DNA of 64,000 nucleotides from Candidatus Latescibacterota bacterium (lineage in GTDB: Bacteria; Latescibacterota; UBA2968; SICM01): contig CBDCJO010000002.1 of assembly GCA_965217865.1 (NCBI GenBank), positions 992,001 through 1,056,000 of the forward strand, given 5' to 3'. Below, piece by piece: positions 10,437 to 19,600 of the stretch. The notes below the pieces were generated by a model. That model did not search any database, was not told the DNA's origin, and saw only the letters and a program-made list of their open reading frames with translations. Position numbers and translations under genes: made by a program. The number at the start of each line of letters is the position of its first letter. The stretch's first letter is position 1.

Positions 10437-11420
10437 TCAGGCTACTCCTTTGCAATCGTGACAGATGAGCCCCTCTGTCTCCCCACTCAACATCCGTTCC
10501 CGGTGTTCCCTGTAGAGCTTGTTGTTCCAAATCTGTTCGATGGACTGGTCCTTGATGTTTCCCAGGACGGTGGTCCGATGCCAGTCGGCGCAGCAGACGA
10601 CGACGTCCCCGTTCCAGATTACCCAGAATCGCCAGAACGGAATGGCGCAGTGGTTGGCGTAGCGCCATTCTGTCGGATTGAGATCATCTATCCTGGCTTC
10701 AAGTTGTGGATCGGCCTGGTTGTTCAGCCGGCGGGCTTTAAATTTTATGTTGAGGTCCTTCCAATATTTTTTGTGTTCTTTCAAGCGATTCTCGACGTGC
10801 TGGGTTCGGACCATCCAGATCTCGAAGTCCGGGTTCCGCATCCGGAGTCTTTTTTTGAGGTCCACGAACCTCATGACGTTCTCCATCGTGACCTCATAGT
10901 CGAGGCCCACCATTGTTTCCTCATAGATCTCTTGATCGATGCTCTGAACGCTGATGATCAGTTTGTCCAATCCTGCGTGGATCAGTTTGTAAGCCGCATC
11001 TTCCGTAAGGAGGGCCCCGTTGGAGATAAGCCGGATCTGAGTGTACCAGGGCATCTTTCTCCGCGCGTAGGCTACCCGCTCGAAGATATCGTCGTCCCGA
11101 AGTGGCTCATTCATCAAGAACGGGGCAAAACGCAGGACGGTGTGTCTGGAGGCTTCGTCAACGATTTTCTGGAACACCCAATCTTCCATGGTACCGTGCT
11201 TCACCTTCAGAAACGGTTTCCCGCTCGGGCAGAAGGTACAGCTCGCGTTACAACCGTCCTTGGTCTGTACATCGACGAGGAGCGGGAACTCCGGGGTGAA
11301 ATTGGAGAGGATGAAATGCCTCACTTGCTCCAGGATCGGGATGCCACCCGCAGAGGGGGAGTTGGGATTTAGGCGACTGAGCCAGCTCACCTGCCCCTTG
11401 GATTTTGGAGAAGACACCAT
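10437..11420 (-). CDS. Radical SAM/SPASM(twitch) protein
   Basis: CNASCTFC; C-terminal CAIPFW...VVCCAD...CHDC. Confidence 0.9.
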   Translation of the reverse strand: MVSSPKSKGQVSWLSRLNPNSPSAGGIPILEQVRHFILSNFTPEFPLLVDVQTKDGCNASCTFCPSGKPFLKVKHGTMEDWVFQKIVDEASRHTVLRFAPFLMNEPLRDDDIFERVAYARRKMPWYTQIRLISNGALLTEDAAYKLIHAGLDKLIISVQSIDQEIYEETMVGLDYEVTMENVMRFVDLKKRLRMRNPDFEIWMVRTQHVENRLKEHKKYWKDLNIKFKARRLNNQADPQLEARIDDLNPTEWRYANHCAIPFWRFWVIWNGDVVVCCADWHRTTVLGNIKDQSIEQIWNNKLYREHRERMLSGETEGLICHDCKGVA

Positions 11421-11456
11421 TATGGGAGATTTCCTTTGCTCATCAACAACCAGCGT

Positions 11457-12197
11457 CTATGCCTTAGAAGCCTCAATCATCAAGGTCCAACCGTTGTCTG
11501 ATTTTGAGCCTGCATTTGCCAGATGACTTATCCACCGGCCGGCTGTCACAAGGAACGTACGTACGAGGGCGGCCGGGATCGTCTTTATCCGTTCCGTGGC
11601 ATAGCTCCACTTTAAGAGCCGAACGTCCAGCGGAGAGGATAAGATATAACGACAACGGGTCAAGCGAAAGCCGCCTTGTCGCAACTTAGACTCGATGGAA
11701 GGTACCGTGTAGAACTGACGTACGGCATGCTTTTTCCGAAGCATGTTCCGCCAATTTTCCGACACTTCGGGCAGGCTCATACTATCTAACGTCAGGAGCA
11801 ACCGGCCATCAGACCGTAAAGCCCGGTGTGCTTCGGCCAGCACCAGGTTGTCGTTTTGAAGGTGCTCGAAAACACAAAAACTCATCACGGCATCAAAAGA
11901 AGCGCTCTTCACGGGAATCGCCTCTGCGTTCGCCTTAATGAACAGGACGCCTCGCCCCGCGTTATGGCGTGCTGCAGTCCCAAGCCTCTTCTTGTCGATG
12001 TCGAAACCCAGAACCAACGCTCCCCGGCGAGAGACGCGATAGTCGTAAGTTCCATCGCCGCAGCCAATGTCCAGAATGCGCTCCCTGGCTCGCGGACTAA
12101 GCCACCGCATCGCCGGAGCGATTTCCATCACCTTCCGAAAATTCCAGTCTTTTCGAATTCGCACGGTGAAATAGCTATGTAGTCGTTCGAGCAACAT
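11457..12197 (-). CDS. Class I SAM-dependent methyltransferase
   Basis: ILDIGCGDG, FDAVMSFCVFEH. Confidence 0.88.
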   Translation of the reverse strand: MLLERLHSYFTVRIRKDWNFRKVMEIAPAMRWLSPRARERILDIGCGDGTYDYRVSRRGALVLGFDIDKKRLGTAARHNAGRGVLFIKANAEAIPVKSASFDAVMSFCVFEHLQNDNLVLAEAHRALRSDGRLLLTLDSMSLPEVSENWRNMLRKKHAVRQFYTVPSIESKLRQGGFRLTRCRYILSSPLDVRLLKWSYATERIKTIPAALVRTFLVTAGRWISHLANAGSKSDNGWTLMIEASKA

Positions 12198-12253
12198 GAT
12201 AACCTTCGTGTCCTCAAGCTTGTGCGTCCCACCGCCGTCATCCGTCTAGGTTT

Positions 12254-15058
12254 TTATGTTTTAGAAGGAGCGAACTCAGCTCCGGTCAACAGGTGGTGCA
12301 CCGCCCGGGTGAAATGGACAGAAAATGTGACGGCTGCCAAGCCGCAGACGGTCTCCAGCCCAATGTCCGGCCTTCCGATGAGGATTCCGACCAGGAGGAT
12401 CAACACATAGATATTCCTTCGGCCCCCGAAGCCCCGGAAGAAACGGTCGAAGGGAGAATAGTCGAACAACTCGATCCCTTTAAGATGTTTGAACCCCCCC
12501 GTGACGACCCGATCCAGGAGGTAAAAGAGGGCAATCCACGCGCTTATCGCTAAGGCGTTGTCGCTCGCGCCGGTTTGGTGGAGGTAGTAACCCAAAGCCA
12601 CGTACCACGCGATCTCATACACGTTGTCCATGAGGTGCTCGAGTCTGTCCCCGAAGTCGGAGTACATCAGTTTGAGTCTGGCAAGCTTCCCATCTACCCC
12701 ATCCAAAATTCCCACGGACAGGGCGGCGAGGATGGCCGCGGTCAGCCTCCCTGTGGCAAAAAGATAGACCCCTAAAAAGGCGACCAGGTGAGTGAGAAGC
12801 GTCACCTGGTTTGGTGTGACTCCAAATTTTGCGATCAGACGCGTTGTCCAGTTCTCGAGAGGGGGATGAAGGAAGCGGGCGGGAAAGTCGAGAGTCCCTT
12901 TTTGCGCACCTTTCATCAGAAGATCCACACCCTTATTTTCGGCCTCCGGTGTCCGGACCGGAAAGCAGATGGGTCGCAAGTGTTTTCGCAAGCCCGGCAG
13001 ATAGGCCGGAATGTCATCGATTTCAAGGGTTCTCATCTCTCCTCGGCTAAGTAATCCCTCCAAGGACTCCGAAAGGGTGGCGCCTACCCCTTCCTGGGTG
13101 GTCAAGGACTTCAGGTTATCACGATGTAGAAGGCAGAGGCCTCCGTCGGTGATCCTGTGTCCCCCTGTCACAATAGTGCCGGGTCCCCGTTCGAGCAGGG
13201 CCTTCACCACCCGAACATCGTAGATGCAGTCGGCGCAAAGCACCAGGCTTATTTCCGAACATAAGACGGCCGAGGAGATGGCCTGGATGTCGGACACCCC
13301 CACCGGCACCTCGATCCACGACAGGTCGATTTTCGGTGCCGGGCGTCGAAGGAGATCTCTCCGCAGGGCATACCCGGAGCTATCCGTCACGATCGTAGCA
13401 TGACCGATTCCGGAGAGGGCGACGGTCCGGAGCGCACGGTCGAGAAGGGAGATACCACCCAACTTCGCAGAGGCATTCAACGCTCCATCTTGCCTTCCTC
13501 GGTCCGTCGCCAGGATGATGGCAGTGCAGGGTCGGGAGTCCTCCCGGGTTGTCTGGGCAACCCCTCTTCCGGTACTGCGTTGATCAGTCCCCTGAATAAC
13601 GGCGCTCATACGGTATTCCTCCGTCGTGAGGGACTGTCCCTGAAGTTTCCCTCCCCTTTCCCTGAGAAGTCGCCCTGCGGACGCAGCCACCCCCACGGTC
13701 AACATGAAGATACCGATAATTATTGCCGCGAAGATCCAGTTCAAAAGGTTGAACAGGGCGAACACGCAAAAAAGCAAGGAGAAGAAATCCCGGCGAATCG
13801 CGAATTCCAACCGGTTCAGCACCTGGAGCAGAAGGTTTTTTTGTGGGCCCGTTGCCAGTTGGGAAAAGGAGATCGCGAATTTTCGAAGGCTTCCGCTTCC
13901 GGTGTTCAGGAGATAGAAATACAGAACCGACAGGGACAACACGGTGGCCGCAAAGGTCAGGAAGCCGATGAAAAGCACCCCCGAGGTTCCGGTCCTTTGA
14001 TAGAGGCCCACCGTTACCCCGACGAAGAAAGCCAGGTAGGTTACGCAGTCCAGTATCGTGTCGAACCATTCCCCCTTGACCGAACCTGTCATCCGAAGTT
14101 TGGCGACCTCACCATCGCTCCCGTCCAGGATTGAACTGAGCTGGAAGAGGAGGCCGGCTATGACCACGTGGGCATAGTCTCCGTAAGAGGCCGATAAAGC
14201 CGCCAGGAGTCCAAGAACGAAGGTCATGACAGAGATTTGATTCGGGCTGAGGCCGAGATAGAGACAGAGCCTGCTGAACCGGATCGAGATATGACGATTC
14301 AGTAGCCGGGAGACGGGGCCGTCGGTGGGTTTTCGCGTGGATCGGTAGAGAAACCGCTCAGCGTTCTTTAGTGCCTCCGGCGTATCGATGTCGTGCCAGG
14401 AGGTGTCACTCAGGTCCAGGGTTGTCATCAGGCCCTTTTCGGAGAGCCGCTGTACCCCGTCGGTTAGAGAGCACCCTGGGCGGGAACCGGAAGCGGCGTC
14501 CGCAAGCGCGTCGAACAGCTGTGTAGAACACACGAAAATGCCGGTATCCACGGCGTCGAAGCCGTTCAGCGTCTTTCCGATTTCGACAATCCGATCCTCC
14601 TTCAGGCGAACCTTCGTGGCATCCTCAAGATCATAGACTTCCGACAGATTCCTGTCTACTCCGAGGCGGCATTCCCCGGGTGACCTGGGTGCTTTCAGGA
14701 GCCGTGCGAGGGCTTCCGGATCGAACAGGTGGTCCGACATCAGGAGGGCGAAATCTTCAGAGATCGCCTCCCTGGCTTTCAGGACGGATCCTCCATTGGG
14801 CAGTTCGTAATCGGGGTTGTAGATCCAGGTGATCCGACAAGCAAGCTCCGGAATCCGATCCAGATGCCCCCGAATCTGGTCCGATTCATAACCGGTCACA
14901 ACGACGAAGGATTCGATGCCGGCTTTAAGCGCACCTCGAATCACCCGTTCGATCAACGGGACACCCGCCACCCGAACAAGCGGTTTCGGAAGATCCCCCG
15001 AAAATGGCCTCAAACGAATTCCGTTTCCTGCCGCGATGATCACCGCTGTTTTGACCAC
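12254..15058 (-). CDS. Tandem fusion: (NTP-transferase + CDP-alcohol phosphotransferase) x2, IPCT/DIPPS-like
   Basis: AAGNGIRL..PKPL; DGSDGEVAK..GEWFDTILD; second unit DGVDGKLAR..GDRLEHLMD. Confidence 0.85.
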   Translation of the reverse strand: MVKTAVIIAAGNGIRLRPFSGDLPKPLVRVAGVPLIERVIRGALKAGIESFVVVTGYESDQIRGHLDRIPELACRITWIYNPDYELPNGGSVLKAREAISEDFALLMSDHLFDPEALARLLKAPRSPGECRLGVDRNLSEVYDLEDATKVRLKEDRIVEIGKTLNGFDAVDTGIFVCSTQLFDALADAASGSRPGCSLTDGVQRLSEKGLMTTLDLSDTSWHDIDTPEALKNAERFLYRSTRKPTDGPVSRLLNRHISIRFSRLCLYLGLSPNQISVMTFVLGLLAALSASYGDYAHVVIAGLLFQLSSILDGSDGEVAKLRMTGSVKGEWFDTILDCVTYLAFFVGVTVGLYQRTGTSGVLFIGFLTFAATVLSLSVLYFYLLNTGSGSLRKFAISFSQLATGPQKNLLLQVLNRLEFAIRRDFFSLLFCVFALFNLLNWIFAAIIIGIFMLTVGVAASAGRLLRERGGKLQGQSLTTEEYRMSAVIQGTDQRSTGRGVAQTTREDSRPCTAIILATDRGRQDGALNASAKLGGISLLDRALRTVALSGIGHATIVTDSSGYALRRDLLRRPAPKIDLSWIEVPVGVSDIQAISSAVLCSEISLVLCADCIYDVRVVKALLERGPGTIVTGGHRITDGGLCLLHRDNLKSLTTQEGVGATLSESLEGLLSRGEMRTLEIDDIPAYLPGLRKHLRPICFPVRTPEAENKGVDLLMKGAQKGTLDFPARFLHPPLENWTTRLIAKFGVTPNQVTLLTHLVAFLGVYLFATGRLTAAILAALSVGILDGVDGKLARLKLMYSDFGDRLEHLMDNVYEIAWYVALGYYLHQTGASDNALAISAWIALFYLLDRVVTGGFKHLKGIELFDYSPFDRFFRGFGGRRNIYVLILLVGILIGRPDIGLETVCGLAAVTFSVHFTRAVHHLLTGAEFAPSKT

Positions 15059-15526
15059 GCGCCCTCCTCAATTTAATCAAATAACAGGTTTCAGAGATCC
15101 GAAGCCTCTGTTCCTAAAGGTCGTTCCAGTTTTCCGTGCGGGTAAGTATAAGCAGGTGATTTTCCTCGCTTGGAATGACCGAGCACAAATAATAATAAAA
15201 GAGGCAATAAATGTACCATTTTGAATCGAGTATGGTTTTTGGTGCATTCATCTTCAAAGAATTCAATAATATAACGATAAAAGGCCAAAAAAAAACAATG
15301 TAATTCGAAAAAATACGATCCTAACCAACCCTCCATCACAATTTGTGTGTGCGCAGAGTTGTCACTGAGGGCCACAGATGTATAAATTTTGCAACAGGGA
15401 AGGTTCTTGAGGACAGGATTGGAAATATGGGGAGTTCTGGAGACGGAGAGGATGGATGTGTGAGTGTGGATGTTAAGCCAATACTTTGGAGATGTCAAGC
15501 CGACTTAGAGCAAACTTAAGGGAGTC

Positions 15527-16591
15527 CTATGTATTGTCGCTCCTCTTTTTACAAACGATGACTGCGAAATCGCTACCGATATCATCGCTGGTCATTAACG
15601 CGTCTTCTGCATCAAAGCAGAGCCGAACGAATCTCTGGGTTTCCGTGTTATCGTCGAGGAAATTGTGGCCGATGCCGTTGAAGAGCATATGCAGGACAGC
15701 CCCCCCGTATTCTTTGATCTCGACGACGTTGAAGATCTCGTGCAACAGCGGGATAATACTGGCCGAATCAACGGCTTCGGAGGGATCTCCCAATCGAACC
15801 AGCAAGCGACTGGGTCTGACGACTTCGCGCTTTATTACGTCGTTACCCCACGTTGTTCGGTACTTTTCAGGAAGGATGGACAGCAGCCCGTTTATGACTT
15901 CCAGTTGCCGCGCTGTCCATTGAAATCTGGTCGGACCGATAAACTCATCGAGGAAGAAGAATCCGTCTGCATTCAGGCAGGCTTCGATGCGCAACAGGAT
16001 TTGGCGGAGTGGGGAGAAGTGGTGCAGGGAGCCTTCCGTCATGACGGTATCGTAGGACTCGTCAGGAAGGTCGATTTTGTAAACGTCCCCCACCCGGAAT
16101 TCAAGGATGTCCGCGAAGCCGTTTTCCTCGGCGTTTTTCCGAGCAAATGCGATGCGTTCGGCCGACTGGTCGAAGGCGGTTATTCGTTTGAACTTCCCGG
16201 TGGCCGCCCACCGCTGTTCACGGCCCCCCGTGCCACACCCAAGTGAAAGGGCTTTCAGGTTTTTTCGCCCGGATAAATAGCGACGGCAGATGTGGTCGTT
16301 GAAACCCACCTCCGCATCGCCCGAAACGAGCAGGTTCCATCGTTTTTGAACCGCGGGAATGTCCCACCAGTTGCTTGGGGGCAGCTTCGTTCTCTCCCAG
16401 GCCAATAGTGTGCGCTTTTTTTCGCTACCCAGTAGTTTCTCCCAGATTCGTTTTGACCCTCCCCCCTTCACCTTATCCCACGCGAGATGCAGATCGTGCT
16501 TATTAAAATAGGTTGTTGAACACCGGTCTTCCTCCTCCCCGATCCTTCCAGTGCTTTGGAGATTGAAGTCAGCATATTCAGAGATATCCAA
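15527..16591 (-). CDS. Class I SAM-dependent methyltransferase
   Basis: ALSLGCGTG, SLHHF, DEFIGPTRFQW. Confidence 0.85.
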   Translation of the reverse strand: MDISEYADFNLQSTGRIGEEEDRCSTTYFNKHDLHLAWDKVKGGGSKRIWEKLLGSEKKRTLLAWERTKLPPSNWWDIPAVQKRWNLLVSGDAEVGFNDHICRRYLSGRKNLKALSLGCGTGGREQRWAATGKFKRITAFDQSAERIAFARKNAEENGFADILEFRVGDVYKIDLPDESYDTVMTEGSLHHFSPLRQILLRIEACLNADGFFFLDEFIGPTRFQWTARQLEVINGLLSILPEKYRTTWGNDVIKREVVRPSRLLVRLGDPSEAVDSASIIPLLHEIFNVVEIKEYGGAVLHMLFNGIGHNFLDDNTETQRFVRLCFDAEDALMTSDDIGSDFAVIVCKKRSDNT

Positions 16592-16608
16592 GATGGTGAT
16601 TGCGGTGC

Positions 16609-19600
16609 TTATTGTCTTAGAACGATCAGCGGTTTCCTGGCGGTGGCACTTTGATCCCCGTTGCGCGCCGAGATAACGTAGAGATAGGTCCCGTTGCCAA
16701 GGGGATTCCCGTCATGGTCCAACCCGTCCCAAGAGCTTTGATTGTAACCGGGCGCACCCGAGGCGTTTTCGATCCGACGAACCAGGCGTCCCGCTACCGA
16801 ATAGATTCGGATGGTGACACGTGCGGCCTGGGAAAGGAGGTACGTGAAGTGGGCGTCTCGGAGGACGGGGTTTGGGAAGACGAGCGGGGAGGCGATCATC
16901 AGGTCGGAGGTGACCACGAAGGAGAGTGAGGCCGAGGTGGGCCCGTTATCGAGCCTGTCCATCGCTTCGACTCGGACCGAATGTCTTCCATCGGCCAGGG
17001 ACGGGGAAAGGGTAAAACTGATATCTGCCTCGGACTCCGATAGCCCCGTGATTTCAGGTGCTTCCAAAGAGATGATTTCCCCGTCCACATCTATTTTGAC
17101 GGAAGATCGCTCAACACCGGAGGGATCAGAGGCATGGACCTCGAAGCGGGGCGTCGGGGGAAGGAAGTCCTCCGGGCGAATCTCCCCTGTCGTATCCAGG
17201 GAACGGAATTCCACAAGGGGCGGTTTTGTATCGCCCCTGCTGATGACCGTAACGAATTGTTGAGAGATCGCGGCTTCCGCACCCATATCTTCGAATGTAT
17301 CCGCGGTCTCGGTCCGCGCAAAGACTTTGAAAGTCCCGTCGAAGTGCTTTGTGTTCCAGATCAAAGACGCCGTGATGGTCTCCCCGATTCGAACACTGGG
17401 GATTTCCTTCCTCCCTATAAGCTGACCCCCCGCGTGTGGGGGTCCCCCCGCATAGAATGCGACGACTGCTCCCGAAAGGTCCTCGGTGGGCCCCAGGTTC
17501 AGAACCTGGACGGAAAGACCTATTGGTTCGAGCTCTTTAACCTCCGTCCTATCGTGGGTCAGGTTCGAGAGGCTCACCACCGGGAGGGCGGTGTAGGAAA
17601 GCCCCCAGGCCTTGAGTCCGGGGGAGGATGCAAGGCCTTCAGACTTGAACCGGGCGACGAGCCTGATGTGACGGTATGTCGAGGCGTCGATGGGGCTCAG
17701 GTCGATGCTCGGAGAAGCCTGAATGGCGTTGAAATTCGGGACCGGCTCGAACGTCCCTGATGTGAAGCGCTGGCCGAGAACCCCGATCTCAACGGAACCT
17801 CCCGAACCAGGTTCAGGTGGTTCGGTCGTTTCCACAGAAAGCCTCCCCCACCGGGCAGCCGGTCCGATTGGAGATGTCATCGCCGAACTTGATGTCGGTG
17901 GGGACTTTCCCGCATACCGAACAACGAAGGGGCCCAGAAGTTTTCCGAACCAGACCTTGTTGTTTTTGGGGTCGTATTGTCCCGTGATTATTCCGGTCTC
18001 CGGCTGGTCACTGAGGATCTCATCGACAAAAGCCCCGTCCAGCGGGTCGACCACGCGGATACGTCCCCTCCCGGCTGTTGTGAACTCAACCAGATAAAGA
18101 TAATCTCCATCCGCAATCAGGCCGTCCGTTATGAGGTATGTGAACCCGTTGGTTGAGGGCGGGATCTCGAATACCCGAACCATTCCCCACCCTTGAGCGG
18201 GATCGAAGACCCTCACTTTCCACGCTGCCCGCGAGACGCCGTCTACGCCGAAAGCCAGGTTGTACACGAAACGGCCGTCGGAGGTGATGAGAAATTGACC
18301 TTCGATCGGCAATCCGCTTCGCTGCTCCAACAACCCGGAAGGGACCTGGACACGATCGATTGCGCCCGTGATCGGATCGATCCGCTCAATCTCAAACGGC
18401 ACCCCGGCGTCGTTGTAAATGAACCCATCGCTGTGATAGGTCGCGGATATTCCCGGCGTCGAAGCCGTCGGAAACGCACCGTAGTCCCTCCCTGCAACGG
18501 TCCCCTCGAAACCCGTTCCGATTCGATGAAAGACATCCGTTCCGGGATAGACGGTGGAGGGACCGCCGTACCACCTCTTGACGTAGAGGTATTTTCCGTC
18601 CGTGCAGAGCACACCGGCCCCGGAGACGCCTTCGGCCTGGATGAACGCTTCCCTGTGCTGCGAATCGGGGCGCGCGGGGAGGGGTTTTCGGACCCGGAAC
18701 AGGGCATCCCCGCTCAATTCGGCCCCATCGAGGCGGTTTCTTGCGAGTTGACCGGGCGTGCCCTGTCTCCAGGTTTCATCCCCGGGGGTCGGATCGATGA
18801 GGAAAGCCCGCGTTCGGGTCCAACGGCCAGGAATCTCCGAATCGTGGGTCCGAGCCATCCAGAAATAGACGCCTGGACTTAACCCGTTAACGGTCCAGGT
18901 AGTGACACGAATTCCCTCTGGAACGGGTCCCGAACGACGAACCTCCGGTCCTTCGAAGATGGGTGAGGGAGCGACTTCGAAGCGATAGTTCAAGCCCGGG
19001 GAGGGAGGCGAGGCGTTAAGGACAGTCAGGACCGCTTCCGAGGAGGTGATCCTCTGGTCGTCTACCGGTCCCATGGGTGTCGGGGTCTGGATTGGGAAGA
19101 CAATCAGGGGAATGGAAACCGTGTTGTTCGACGGATCCATCTCCTCACCGAGGCCGGGTTCGATTGACACGCTCAGCTGGTGGGGTCCGGCCCCTGCGAT
19201 CGGCCAGATTGTGATGATGCTGTCCGGGACACCGAAGGGGGGAAGGACTCCGGAGAAGAGTGTATCTACTCGCGTCCGATCGAGCCATCTGTCCACAACA
19301 AGGACGCGGACCGCCGACTCCGACGTAGATCCAAGGTTTTCGAAGAGGACTCCCAACCGGACGGAATCTCCTTCGACCAGGGCGGGGCCGTCTTCAATCG
19401 GGATCCCGTTCACCGAAACGTCTTTGGGGGAAACGGCGTAGTCGGATTGATCGAGCAGGGCGAAGTTCTGCGCTGGATCTCCGACGAGGTTCATCGACAA
19501 CACCCCGGTTGTGATCCCTGGAAACTCCCTCATAAGATCGATCTTGGCCAGATTCAGGATCCGGCCGAATTTCGATTCTCCCTTCCCAAAGGCGTGAAGA

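Noticed and set aside
15060-15520. AT-rich intergenic region as ncRNA or riboswitch
   Set aside because: No recognisable conserved structure; probably a promoter region
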